DNA from: Comamonadaceae bacterium
GTDB taxonomy: Bacteria; Pseudomonadota; Gammaproteobacteria; Burkholderiales; Burkholderiaceae_C
Direction: 5' to 3'
DNA: 48,621 nucleotides
Assembly (NCBI GenBank): GCA_947451995.1
Contig: CANGCI010000001.1
Coordinates: 1-48,621 of the forward strand
The notes under the pieces are model-generated. The model did no database searches and was not told the DNA's origin. It worked only from the letters and a program-made list of their open reading frames with translations. The position numbers and the translations under genes were made by a program. Every line of letters begins with the position of its first letter. Position 1 is the first letter of the stretch. Below, one piece after another: positions 8,937 through 18,538 of the stretch.

Positions 8937-9170
8937 ATTTCAGTTATACGGAAGTCTGGATGATTGAATTTCTGTATAAACCTTAAGGTGCTGGTGTTTT
9001 CCCTATGCAAAATTTCTAAACAAAACATTCAATGCCAATCACAAGGCGGTCATGGTCAATCCTTTTGGGCACGACGCTAGGTGCATGTTCACCTTAGAAA
9101 CGGCGTTGCCGATTTTGTTCAAATAGCTTGCTATGCTTTGCCATTACTTGAAAAAATGGAAGTGCAGTAG

Positions 9171-9824
9171 ATGAACATCAATGCTGATTTCAGCCAAAGG
9201 GTTGTGATCCATCACCACGACTTGCCTTGGATCGCCAGCCCCGAGTCTGGCGTGGAGAGACGCATGCTGGAACGTCAAGGCGACGAAGTGGCCAAAGCGA
9301 CGTCCATCGTTCGGTATCAGCCAGGGTCCAAGTTTCACATGCACACCCATGACCTGGGAGAGGAAATACTGGTGCTGGAAGGCGTCTTCAGTGATGAGAC
9401 GGGCCATTACCCTGCAGGTTCTTACATCATGAATCCACCAGGTTCTGCGCACGCCCCCTTCAGCGAGACGGGCTGCACGCTCTTTGTCAAGTTGCGACAC
9501 CTCGGACCCGATCAAGTGGAAAGAGAAGTCTTGGACACCTCAAAAGCAGATTGGTTCCAAGGCATGGTGCCAGGGCTCACCGTCATGCCGCTCATGCGAC
9601 AGGGCAGTGGGTCCACTTTGGTTCGATGGGCGCCTGAAACGTATTTCAATCCTCACAGGCACTTCGGTGGAGAAGAAATCTTTGTTGTCGATGGCGTGTT
9701 TGAAGATGAGCACGGCCGCTATCCTGCAGGCTCATGGATCCGAAGCCCACACATGAGCATGCACAAACCTTTCAGCAAAGAAGGTTGTACTATTTTTGTT
9801 AAAACTGGGCATCTGCTGAGCTAA
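9171..9824 (+). CDS. ChrR-like bicupin protein (no anti-sigma zinc domain)
   Basis: Two cupin repeats: HTHDLGEEILVLEG..YP.GSY..NP.GS.H and HRHFGGEEIFVVDG..YP.GSW..SP..S.H. Confidence 0.88.
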   Translation: MNINADFSQRVVIHHHDLPWIASPESGVERRMLERQGDEVAKATSIVRYQPGSKFHMHTHDLGEEILVLEGVFSDETGHYPAGSYIMNPPGSAHAPFSETGCTLFVKLRHLGPDQVEREVLDTSKADWFQGMVPGLTVMPLMRQGSGSTLVRWAPETYFNPHRHFGGEEIFVVDGVFEDEHGRYPAGSWIRSPHMSMHKPFSKEGCTIFVKTGHLLS

Positions 9825-9861
9825 ATGTCTCACTTATTCAACCACTCAATCAAGGAAATAT

Positions 9862-10245
9862 ATGTTCAGTCACGTGATGGTCGGTGCCAATGACCTCGAG
9901 GCATCCAAAAAGTTTTACGACGCAGTGCTTGGCACTTTGGGCATCGGCCCTGGTGTGATCAATAACAACACGCGTTATTTCTACCGCACCCCCAAGGGTT
10001 CTTTCTCCATCACCAAACCTCTGGACGGCCAGCCCGCTACGCCAGCCAATGGTGGCACGATTGGCTTTCTGGCCGAAACGCTGGAGCAAGTCCACGCATT
10101 TCATGCAGCTGGCATTGCCAACGGTGGAACGCCCTGTGAAGATCCACCAGGACCCCGAGAAGGTTCCTTTGGCACTTTGAATTTGGCCTACCTTCGGGAT
10201 CCCATTGGCAACAAGATTTGCGTTTTGCATCGTCCTGCTAAGTAA
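9862..10245 (+). CDS. VOC/glyoxalase family protein
   Basis: FSHVMVGANDLEASKKFYD, AYLRDPIGNKI; AAGGA RBS. Confidence 0.9.
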   Translation: MFSHVMVGANDLEASKKFYDAVLGTLGIGPGVINNNTRYFYRTPKGSFSITKPLDGQPATPANGGTIGFLAETLEQVHAFHAAGIANGGTPCEDPPGPREGSFGTLNLAYLRDPIGNKICVLHRPAK

Positions 10246-10320
10246 TCTTAGGGATTCCGTGAATGAGAGTTTGCCCAGAAATGGTTAACGTATGGCACGA
10301 AACCATTGAAGGAAACTCTC

Positions 10321-11520
10321 ATGAAGTCTGCCTACCAAGCGGCCATCACTGCATTGGTGTTGTCGCTTAGCTTTCAAATGCCGTTCAGTGCGTCTGCCCA
10401 AAGCTGGGGCCCCCGCACCCTACCTCAACTTAAAGCTGAAGCTCAGCGCAGGGCAGATGGCGCTTTGCCACCTGTTGACCATGTGAAGCCAGCGGACATG
10501 AGGGAGGCTTTAGCCCAAGTCAATTCGCTAGAACCCGACGAGTGGGCCAAAGCCTTTATTGCCATTGGCGACAGGTACATGGCGCAGGCTGATCTAGCGA
10601 TCAAAACAAATGCCGACGCAGCCGCGCAATCGTATAAGCATGCTTGGGAGGTGTACAACGCTGCCCGTTGGCCTACCGAGAATTCGCCTCAAAAGAAATT
10701 GGCATACGAAAAAGCTTTGCTGGCGTTTACGCAATACGGCAAGTTAATTTCACCGCCAGTGGAAGTGGTTCGTTTTCCATTTGAAGGAAAACAAGCGGTG
10801 GCTTATTTGCGGTTGCCTAAAGATGTGCGGCCAGCCCCACTGATTTTTGCAATCAGTGGTCTAGACACCCGCAAAGAAGACATGGTGGTCACCAATGATT
10901 TATTTCTCAAAAATGGCGTTGGCATCTTTGCAATCGACCAGCCTGGCACCGGTCAATCGCCTCTCAAAATTGATGTGGGCTCCGAAAGAATCTTCAGCGC
11001 TGCCTTAGATTTTCTGCAAACGCGGACAGATGTGGATGCCAAACGCATTGTGGTGCGAGGCCAAAGTTGGGCAGGCTACTGGGCTGCCATCATGGGCTAC
11101 ACCGAGAAGGATCGCATTCGCGGTACGGTGGTACATGGGGTGGGCATCCATGGTTATTTTTCGCCAGAATGGCAAGGCAAAGGTTTGAGCACCGAAGAGT
11201 ATTTGTTTGATTTGCTTCCAGCCAGATCAGCTGTGTACGGCGTGAGCACGCGCGAGGATTTTTTAGCCTATGGACCGAGAATGTCTTTGCTGACACAAGG
11301 TTTCTTGGACAAGCCCTCAGCGCCGATGCTGCTGATCAATGGCTTGAAGGATACGCAGCAGCCTATCGACGATTTGTTTTTGTTGATGAGCCGTGGCGAC
11401 CCTAAGGACGTGTGGATGAATCCTGCTGGTGGCCATATGGGCAGATCGCCTAAATGGTCAGCACCCGAAATCACACAGAAGGTGGTGTTCCCGTGGGTTC
11501 ATAGAAAGTTGCAACCCTGA
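10321..11520 (+). CDS. Exported alpha/beta-hydrolase, FrsA/Ayg1/2,6-dihydroxypseudooxynicotine hydrolase-like
   Basis: Signal peptide (ASA-Q), SGLDTRKED, DQPGTGQS, nucleophile GQSWAG, GLKD, GGHMG. Confidence 0.8.
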   Translation: MKSAYQAAITALVLSLSFQMPFSASAQSWGPRTLPQLKAEAQRRADGALPPVDHVKPADMREALAQVNSLEPDEWAKAFIAIGDRYMAQADLAIKTNADAAAQSYKHAWEVYNAARWPTENSPQKKLAYEKALLAFTQYGKLISPPVEVVRFPFEGKQAVAYLRLPKDVRPAPLIFAISGLDTRKEDMVVTNDLFLKNGVGIFAIDQPGTGQSPLKIDVGSERIFSAALDFLQTRTDVDAKRIVVRGQSWAGYWAAIMGYTEKDRIRGTVVHGVGIHGYFSPEWQGKGLSTEEYLFDLLPARSAVYGVSTREDFLAYGPRMSLLTQGFLDKPSAPMLLINGLKDTQQPIDDLFLLMSRGDPKDVWMNPAGGHMGRSPKWSAPEITQKVVFPWVHRKLQP

Positions 11521-11655
11521 AAGTCCAATAGCCCAGATGTTCAAGTTGTTTTCTTCTGCGCTGATGCCTCAGGCAAGCGAGAAGGGTGGCATGATTAAGT
11601 TTGTCGTCCGCCATCCCGTGGCCGATCTTGGTCAAACTGATTAAAGACATTCAAG

Positions 11656-12102
11656 ATGCATTCAATTCAATCTTCTTTCATCGCACTGGCTCTGAGTGCC
11701 GTCGCTGCTTCTTCTGCACTTGCGCAAAGCGACGTTGCGCAAGTGGCAGCAAAAGAATCAGGCGCCAAAGTCACTGCTTCGGGCTTGGTGTTCCGCTCGT
11801 TGCAAGACGGACAGGGCGCAAGTCCTTCCGCCACCGATAAGGTGAAAGTGCATTACCGCGGTACGTTTCCCGATGGCAAAGAATTTGACAGCTCGTACAA
11901 GCGCAATCAGCCCATCGACTTTCCATTGAACGCCGTCATTCCTTGCTGGACCGAAGGTGTTCAACTGATGAAGGTGGGCGGCAAAGCCAAGTTGACCTGC
12001 CCGCCGGGCATTGCCTATGGCGCCAGGGGTGCTGGTGGCGTCATTCCGCCCAATGCAACGCTGCAATTTGAAGTTGAACTGATTGCCATTGCGGGTCGAT
12101 AA
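11656..12102 (+). CDS. FKBP-type peptidyl-prolyl cis-trans isomerase, periplasmic
   Basis: VKVHYRGT..DGKEFDSSY, VIPCWTEG, AYGARG, IPPNATLQFEVEL; signal peptide. Confidence 0.95.
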   Translation: MHSIQSSFIALALSAVAASSALAQSDVAQVAAKESGAKVTASGLVFRSLQDGQGASPSATDKVKVHYRGTFPDGKEFDSSYKRNQPIDFPLNAVIPCWTEGVQLMKVGGKAKLTCPPGIAYGARGAGGVIPPNATLQFEVELIAIAGR

Positions 12103-12145
12103 ATCACGCCATCTTTTTGAAAACTGCCCAAAGCTGACTCTGCTC

Positions 12146-12613
12146 ATGTTTGATTTACCAACCCCCGAACTCAAATTCTTTGCCGATCTGTCGGTTCAAG
12201 TGGACAAGCCGCAAGAGGTGGGTGCCACAGTGCATGGGCAGCGCCGTGTCATCCCCATCTTGGGCGGCGAAGCTCATGGGAATGGCTGGACGGCCCGCGT
12301 GCTTCGCGGTGGCGCAGATTTTCAAATGATTGTGAATCAGAGTTTGGCAGAACTAGACGCCAGGTACGTTCTGGAAACGGATGCCGGCGATTTGATTTTT
12401 GTTCAAAATCGCGCAGTGCGAACGGCACCACCCGAAGTCATGGCGCGTTTAATTCGCGGCGAGAAAGTAGACCCGCAACTTGTTTACTTCCGCTGCACAC
12501 CCCAATTTGAAACAGCGTCAAAATCGCTGTCTTGGATCAGCGAAAAATTGTTCATTGGCACTGGTGCAAGGCATCCCGACAAAGTTGTCATGCGCTTTTT
12601 TGAAGTTCAATGA
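12146..12613 (+). CDS. DUF3237 (UPF0311) family protein
   Basis: RRVIPILGG, GGADFQ, LDARYVLETD, YFRCTPQFET; ATG at 12146 chosen as start. Confidence 0.85.
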   Translation: MFDLPTPELKFFADLSVQVDKPQEVGATVHGQRRVIPILGGEAHGNGWTARVLRGGADFQMIVNQSLAELDARYVLETDAGDLIFVQNRAVRTAPPEVMARLIRGEKVDPQLVYFRCTPQFETASKSLSWISEKLFIGTGARHPDKVVMRFFEVQ

Positions 12614-12639
12614 AATGAAGCACTGTATTTAATACGAAA

Positions 12640-13803
12640 TCAATGACTCATTTCCTTCAGTAGTTCTAAATCGGGTGTAACACCAATCCCAGGGGTCTCA
12701 TCTAATTGAATCGACCCGTTCTCTACTTTTGAGAAAGGTGGAGCGAGTAAAGACCGTAGCGCGTTGTCATTCGCATCCACTTCCAACATGCCATCGCCAC
12801 CAGCAGCAGCCAAAACATGAGCTGATGCCATCAGGCCAATGCCTGCCCCAAGGTAATGGGGGCAAAAGCGAGTACCACTTTCGCGAATTTTCTGAATCAC
12901 TGGCCAGCAGCCCGAAATGCCGCCCCATTTGGCAAAGTCGGGCTGCAACACATCCAAAGTCTTTAGCTCAATGGCTTTTTCAAAACTGGCTTGACCCATG
13001 ATGTTTTCCCCTGCAGCAAGCGGTGTGCTTGTGGCCTCATGCAGTTGAAGCCATTGACTGGCAGGACTGTCAGTGCGAAGGGGCTCCTCTAGCCATGTCA
13101 GTTTGAATTGTTCAATTTGCGGCAGCATGGTCAAGGCATGAGAAATCTGCCAAGCCTGATTCACGTCGGCCATCAAGGACGCTTTAGGACCTAGCCAACT
13201 GCGCAAACTGTCGATATTTTCAACGTCTTGTTTGTCGTTAAAGCCAATTTTGAGTTTGAAGGCTCGGTACCCTTCGGCGTGCTTGCGTTTGACGACCTCT
13301 AATGGGTCATCTGGATTGATGCCACTTGCATACACAGGCACATGCGCTTGTGTGCCGCCTAGCAAGCGGAACAAGGGTAGGTTAGCTCTTCGTGCACAAA
13401 GATCCCATAGGGCAAGGTCAACACCAGAGATGACTTGGGCCAACGGACCTAGCTCTCCAGTTTGGAGTGCCAAAATTTCTGTTTTCTGAGTGGCAACAAA
13501 ATAAGCTTGTGCGGGATCTTCAAAATCTTTGTTAAGCAATACGGGTGCAATGACAGTTTCAAGCAACTTGGCACGATGCTCCGCACCACAGGCCGGAAAG
13601 TTGCACCAAATTTCACCCCAGCCCACGTGGCCATCTGCGCTTTCGGCTCTGACAAATACGGCGGGCCTATCGTGCATGATGCCAAATGAGGTCCTCACTG
13701 GGACAGGACTAGGACATCGAAAGACATAAGCCTGTAGGCTGCTGAGGCGCAAATTCAATGACGTTGAGGCCGTCGACGAAGTGGGTAAAGGCAAGAGTTT
13801 CAT
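12640..13803 (-). CDS. Mandelate racemase/muconate lactonizing (enolase superfamily) enzyme
   Basis: GWGE, DLALWDL, KLKIG (KxK), DVNQ, WLEEP, AGEN, QPD, terminal PGIG; start uncertain, ATG at 13803 chosen. Confidence 0.92.
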   Translation of the reverse strand: MKLLPLPTSSTASTSLNLRLSSLQAYVFRCPSPVPVRTSFGIMHDRPAVFVRAESADGHVGWGEIWCNFPACGAEHRAKLLETVIAPVLLNKDFEDPAQAYFVATQKTEILALQTGELGPLAQVISGVDLALWDLCARRANLPLFRLLGGTQAHVPVYASGINPDDPLEVVKRKHAEGYRAFKLKIGFNDKQDVENIDSLRSWLGPKASLMADVNQAWQISHALTMLPQIEQFKLTWLEEPLRTDSPASQWLQLHEATSTPLAAGENIMGQASFEKAIELKTLDVLQPDFAKWGGISGCWPVIQKIRESGTRFCPHYLGAGIGLMASAHVLAAAGGDGMLEVDANDNALRSLLAPPFSKVENGSIQLDETPGIGVTPDLELLKEMSH

Positions 13804-13814
13804 GGTCAATAGTC

Positions 13815-13840
13815 TAAAGGTATGGCATATAATACCTTTA
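13815..13840. promoter_or_regulatory. Perfect 9-bp inverted repeat (likely operator) enclosing a TATAAT -10 box
   Basis: TAAAGGTAT-GGCATATA-ATACCTTTA fills most of the 37-bp divergent gap; TATAAT at 13828-13833. Confidence 0.65.
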
Positions 13841-15460
13841 ATGAAAACTTCAGCCACCACCACAGGTTTTGACTACATCATCGTGGGTGCAGGGTCAGCC
13901 GGTTGTGTCTTGGCCAATCGTCTAAGCGCCAATCCAAACTGTCGTGTCTTGTTGCTTGAAGCTGGCGGCCCCTCTCAAGGCTTTTGGTTGCGTTTGCCAG
14001 TTGGCTACTTTAGAACCATCAATGACAAACGCTTCTCTTGGCAGTTTCCAGTGGTGTCACAGCAAGAGACAGCTTTTCGATCCATGACATGGCCCCGCGG
14101 CAAAGTTTTGGGGGGTTCAAGTGCCATCAATGGACTTCTTTATATCCGTGGCCAGCGAGCAGACTATGACGAATGGGCCTCAATGGGGGCCAAGGGATGG
14201 TCCTACAAGGAAGTACTGCCATTTTTCAAAACCTCAGAGTGCTACGAGGGTGGTGCAAGTGAATTTCATGGATCACAAGGGGAGTTAGGAGTTTCAGATT
14301 TACGCAATGATCATCCTTACTGTGAGGCGTGGCTGGAGGCTGCCCAGCAGGCCGGTCATCCCTTCACCGATGATTTCAATGGCGAGAATTCTGATGGCAT
14401 GGGCCGGTATCAATTGACACTCAAAGGACACTGGCGCTGTGATGCAGCCACTGCATTCTTAAAGCCAATCAAAGCCAGAACCAATTTAACCGTTTTAACC
14501 CACGCGCAGGTCACTAGAGTCCTTTTGGACAAAGGTCGCGCAGTAGGTGTTGAGTGGCTTCGCAATGGACAATTGGAAACCGCTAAAGCTGACGCCGAGG
14601 TGGTGTTGTCAGCGGGTGCGCTTCAATCGCCGCAGTTGCTACAACTGTCTGGTGTAGGACGGACGGATGTGCTGCAGCGCTTTGGTATTCCGGTTGTGGT
14701 CAAAGCGGAAGAGGTTGGCGAGAATTTACAAGACCACTATCAGGCACGCGTGATTGTGAAGTTGCGAAACAAAATTTCACTCAATGACGATGTGCGCAAC
14801 CCTCTTCGCCTGGCGCAGATGGGCGCTCAGTGGTTGTTTCAAAAGCGGGGCCCATTGACCGTCGGGGCCGGTCAGGTTGGTGGACTTGCTTGCACCGAAT
14901 TTGCTGAAAATGGCAGAGCAGATGTTTTGTTCAACGTCATGCCTTTGTCTGTGGACAAACCTGGTGATGCGTTACACCGATTCTCTGGTTTCTCTGCTTC
15001 AGCTACGCAATGTCGCCCCATGTCGCGGGGCACAGTCCAGATCAATTCTGCCGACCCACTTGCTGCGCCCAAAATTGTGGCCAACTATTTGCAGCATCCG
15101 CAAGATGCCAAAGTTTTGGTGGCAGGTTTAAAGCAACTACGTGAAATCTTTGCTCAGCCTGCCTTCAAAGATTTGGTGACAGGCGAAGAGCACTTCCCAG
15201 GGAACCACGTCAGCTCTGATCATGCGCTTGAGCAGTTTGCCCGCGAAAAGGGCGGTACTGTTTATCATCCTGTCGGTACATGCCGAATGGGGGAAGACGC
15301 CAATGCTGTTGTCGATTCTCGTCTTCGTGTTCGAGGTGTAGAGGGTCTGCGTGTCATGGATGCTTCCGTTATGCCTCGCATGGTGTCTACCAACACCAAT
15401 GCAGCAGCCATCATGATTGGTGAAAAGGGTGCGGCAATGCTTTTGGAAGACGCTGGTTAA
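13841..15460 (+). CDS. GMC-family FAD oxidoreductase (choline dehydrogenase-like)
   Basis: DYIIVGAGSAGC, RGKVLGGSSAING, VGENLQDH, YHPVGTCRMG, NTNA. Confidence 0.93.
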   Translation: MKTSATTTGFDYIIVGAGSAGCVLANRLSANPNCRVLLLEAGGPSQGFWLRLPVGYFRTINDKRFSWQFPVVSQQETAFRSMTWPRGKVLGGSSAINGLLYIRGQRADYDEWASMGAKGWSYKEVLPFFKTSECYEGGASEFHGSQGELGVSDLRNDHPYCEAWLEAAQQAGHPFTDDFNGENSDGMGRYQLTLKGHWRCDAATAFLKPIKARTNLTVLTHAQVTRVLLDKGRAVGVEWLRNGQLETAKADAEVVLSAGALQSPQLLQLSGVGRTDVLQRFGIPVVVKAEEVGENLQDHYQARVIVKLRNKISLNDDVRNPLRLAQMGAQWLFQKRGPLTVGAGQVGGLACTEFAENGRADVLFNVMPLSVDKPGDALHRFSGFSASATQCRPMSRGTVQINSADPLAAPKIVANYLQHPQDAKVLVAGLKQLREIFAQPAFKDLVTGEEHFPGNHVSSDHALEQFAREKGGTVYHPVGTCRMGEDANAVVDSRLRVRGVEGLRVMDASVMPRMVSTNTNAAAIMIGEKGAAMLLEDAG

Positions 15461-15525
15461 ACGCCCGTTTTTAACGCTGCACGTTGTGTAGCAAAGTCTA
15501 TTTTTAATTTTGAGGTGAACGAGCC

Positions 15526-16983
15526 ATGTCTAACTATCCACACGTGCAGCTATACATCGATGGTCACTGGCGTGAGGGCGCTGAAGCGCGCAAATTGCCT
15601 GTGCTCAACCCCGCCACGGGCGAGGTGATGGGCGATCTGGCCTGTGCCGAAACAGCAGACCTAGAAGAAGTGGCCGAAGCTGCTAATCGAGGCTTTGAAG
15701 TTTGGCGAAAAATCAGTGCATTTGACCGCTACAAAATCATGCGCAAGGCGGCGCAGTTGCTTCGAGATCGAGTTGAAACCGTGGCCCAACTCATGACCTT
15801 GGAGCAAGGTAAACCCTTGGCAGAAGCACGCATGGAAGTGATGGCCGGTGCAGACACCATCGATTGGTTCGCGGAAGAAGGTCGTCGTGCTTACGGCCGA
15901 GTTATTCCTGCTCGTCAGATGGATGTGTACCAACTGGTTATTAAAGAACCTGTGGGTCCAGTTGCTGCATTTACCCCATGGAATTTTCCCATCAATCAAA
16001 TTGTGCGCAAACTGGCTGCTGCACTGGCTGCTGGATGTTCCATCATTGTCAAAGCGCCAGAAGAAACACCCGCTTCACCTGCTGAGTTAATTCGCACTTT
16101 CATCGATGCAGGCGTGCCTGCGGGTGTCGTGAACTTGGTCTACGGTGACCCCGCCCACATTTCAACTTACCTCATTGCGCATCCTGCCATTCGAAAAATT
16201 TCTTTCACAGGCTCCACGCCAGTGGGCAAGCAATTGGCCGCCATGGCGGGTCAGCACATGAAGCGAATGACCATGGAGTTGGGCGGTCATGCACCTGTGA
16301 TTGTTTTCAACGATGCCGATATTGCATTGGCAGCCAAGACCATGGCTGCTAGCAAGTTTCGTAATGCAGGCCAAGTCTGTGTTTCGCCAACACGTTTCTT
16401 GGTGCAAGAAGGTGCATTCAATGAGTTCGTCGAACAGTTTGTGACGCACGCTGAAAAGCTCAAAGTGGGCAATGGTATGGAAGCAGGCGTCAACATGGGG
16501 CCCTTGGCCAATCCGCGTCGCATCACTGCAATGCAAAATTTGCTGACCGATGCGGCGCAGCAAAACGCCAAACTCAAAACGGGTGGCAAGGCGCTGGGCG
16601 CGACCGGTAATTTCTGGGCGCCTACTGTGTTGACCGAATTGCCTTTGTCTGCACGCGCCATGACAGAAGAGCCTTTTGGTCCTATGGCCTTGATCAATCC
16701 TTTCAAGAGCTTTGACGATGCGGTTCAAGAAGCCAATCGATTGCCCTTCGGTTTGGCTGCCTATGCGTGGACACGCTCTGCCAGAACGGCGCAGCAAATT
16801 GCCGCTGCTGTGCAAACGGGCATGATCACCATCAACCATTTAGGTTTGGGCATGCCTGAAACACCTTTTGGTGGTGTGAAAGATTCTGGCTATGGTTCTG
16901 AGGGAGGTACCGAGGCTTTACAGGCCTACCTCAATCCGAAGTTTGTATCTCAGGCAGGTTTGTCTGACGGTTTGTCTGGCTGA
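15526..16983 (+). CDS. NAD(P)-dependent aldehyde dehydrogenase, succinate/alpha-ketoglutarate semialdehyde dehydrogenase type
   Basis: [44 protein letters not shown]; resembles Azospirillum AraE-type KGSADH (from recall). Confidence 0.9.
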   Translation: MSNYPHVQLYIDGHWREGAEARKLPVLNPATGEVMGDLACAETADLEEVAEAANRGFEVWRKISAFDRYKIMRKAAQLLRDRVETVAQLMTLEQGKPLAEARMEVMAGADTIDWFAEEGRRAYGRVIPARQMDVYQLVIKEPVGPVAAFTPWNFPINQIVRKLAAALAAGCSIIVKAPEETPASPAELIRTFIDAGVPAGVVNLVYGDPAHISTYLIAHPAIRKISFTGSTPVGKQLAAMAGQHMKRMTMELGGHAPVIVFNDADIALAAKTMAASKFRNAGQVCVSPTRFLVQEGAFNEFVEQFVTHAEKLKVGNGMEAGVNMGPLANPRRITAMQNLLTDAAQQNAKLKTGGKALGATGNFWAPTVLTELPLSARAMTEEPFGPMALINPFKSFDDAVQEANRLPFGLAAYAWTRSARTAQQIAAAVQTGMITINHLGLGMPETPFGGVKDSGYGSEGGTEALQAYLNPKFVSQAGLSDGLSG

Positions 16984-18524
16984 ACAGGCTCGACATAAGG
17001 AAACCTGGCGCGGGCCTTCACACTTGTAGGGCCTGCGGTGCCTGAACCGCGAATGAAGCGTTGGGTTTCGTCTACAAATGGTTGATACGCCCAATTGGGT
17101 GTTTTGCTTGAAGCACTGGCCACTTCGGCTAAAAACAAGCGTTCTTTTTGACTGGCCAAGATGCGCGCATGCATGGTGGCTGGATCCCAATCCTCTACCA
17201 AGCGTGCATGCAATCGCTCCTGCGTGCTAGCGTAATCAGCGTTGCCTGCCAAGTTTTGCAACTCATCGGGATCTGTTTCTAAATTAAACAGCATGGGCGC
17301 TAGGCCGTACGTGAAGATGTACTTCCATGGTCCGTCGCGCAGCATGCGTGAGGCAGCGCTCACGCCTTCAGAACTGTACTCAGAAATGACACACCGATTG
17401 TGGCCAGCATCTTCGCCATTGAGTAACGGCACAAGGCTGTTCCCATGCAGTGGGCCAACGGGTTCGGGTGCCTGATTGTTGTAGGCCAGGTCCATGAATG
17501 TGGGTAGTAAGTCAACCAAAGAAACGTGTGCCGATACACGTGCCGGTGCAAAGCGCTTGGGCATTGACACAATCATGGGTACTCGCACTGAGGATTCATA
17601 GAAGCTTTGTTTGAACCACATGCCACGCTCTCCCAGCATTTCACCGTGATCACCACAAAACACGACAACCGTGTTGTCGTCCAGTCCAGTTTCTTTCAAG
17701 ACCTCTAAAATTTTGCCAATCTTTTCGTCCACATAACTCACCATACCGTAGTAAGCGTGACGCGCATTCAGTACTTGTTCGTCTGACACGCTGTAAATGT
17801 CTTGTGCATGAGCCACATAAAGCCATTGACTGTGTTCATCGAGTTCTTCAAAAGGAATTGGTGGCACGCGAGGTGCATCGATGTCTTCGCGTCTATAAAG
17901 ATCCCAATATTTTTGAGGTGCTACAAAGGGTGGATGTGGATGGGTATAAGAGACTGTGAGGAAGAAGGGCTTTTCTTGCGGTGCACGTGCCAAGTCATAA
18001 AGGCATTGCGCACCCTTGTATTCCACCTCATCGTCGTAATCGATTTGCATGCTTCGCACACAGGGTCCAGCTTCCAATACGGGTCGCATGCTGACACCCG
18101 TAGGGCGATAGGCGGGACCTTTAAGCCAGTCAGGTGTCCATGCAAAGTCGGCCGGATAAATGTCGGTTGTGAGCCGCTCGTCGAAGCCGTGCAACTGATC
18201 AGGGCCAATGAAGTGCATCTTGCCGCACAGAATGGTGCGGTAGCCTGCATGCCTTAGGTAATGGGCCATGGTGGGCATGGCGGCTGGAAATTCAGAGGCA
18301 TTGTCGTAGGCTGCGATAGCGTGAGGTAAGCGGCCCGACAGCATTGAAAAACGCGACGGTGCACAAATGGGAAAGTTGCAATAGGCGCTGTCGAACACCA
18401 CGCCGTTTTCCGCCAATTGGCTTAAATGCGGTGTTTTGACCAAAGGGTGGCCATGAAAGGGCAAAGTCGGCACGGCCAATTGGTCGGCCATGATCAACAG
18501 AATGTTGGGTTGTGTATTTTTCAT
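16950..18524 (-). CDS. betC: Choline-sulfatase (BetC)-like Cys-type sulfatase
   Basis: [16 protein letters not shown] formylglycine motif, [31 protein letters not shown] tail; the substrate is not proven. Confidence 0.75.
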   Translation of the reverse strand: MKNTQPNILLIMADQLAVPTLPFHGHPLVKTPHLSQLAENGVVFDSAYCNFPICAPSRFSMLSGRLPHAIAAYDNASEFPAAMPTMAHYLRHAGYRTILCGKMHFIGPDQLHGFDERLTTDIYPADFAWTPDWLKGPAYRPTGVSMRPVLEAGPCVRSMQIDYDDEVEYKGAQCLYDLARAPQEKPFFLTVSYTHPHPPFVAPQKYWDLYRREDIDAPRVPPIPFEELDEHSQWLYVAHAQDIYSVSDEQVLNARHAYYGMVSYVDEKIGKILEVLKETGLDDNTVVVFCGDHGEMLGERGMWFKQSFYESSVRVPMIVSMPKRFAPARVSAHVSLVDLLPTFMDLAYNNQAPEPVGPLHGNSLVPLLNGEDAGHNRCVISEYSSEGVSAASRMLRDGPWKYIFTYGLAPMLFNLETDPDELQNLAGNADYASTQERLHARLVEDWDPATMHARILASQKERLFLAEVASASSKTPNWAYQPFVDETQRFIRGSGTAGPTSVKARARFPYVEPVQPDKPSDKPA

Positions 18525-18538
18525 GGATGTGGTGCGTA

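Noticed and set aside
9171-9824. ChrR anti-sigma factor of the singlet-oxygen response
   Set aside because: Only cupin repeats are present; there is no N-terminal zinc anti-sigma domain and no adjacent rpoE
10293-10310. TGGCACG as a sigma-54 -24 element before the hydrolase
   Set aside because: No GC at the required GG-N10-GC spacing
11553-11584. Bulged hairpin CTTCT.CGCT..TGCCT-C-AGGCA.AGCG.AGAAG between the hydrolase and FKBP genes
   Set aside because: No U tail on the + strand and a single copy; too weak to call a terminator or RNA element
13841-18524. Calling the GMC and ALDH genes betA and betB
   Set aside because: The ALDH carries SSADH/KGSADH-type motifs ([15 protein letters not shown]), there is no betI or choline transporter, and the GMC family is too broad for a symbol
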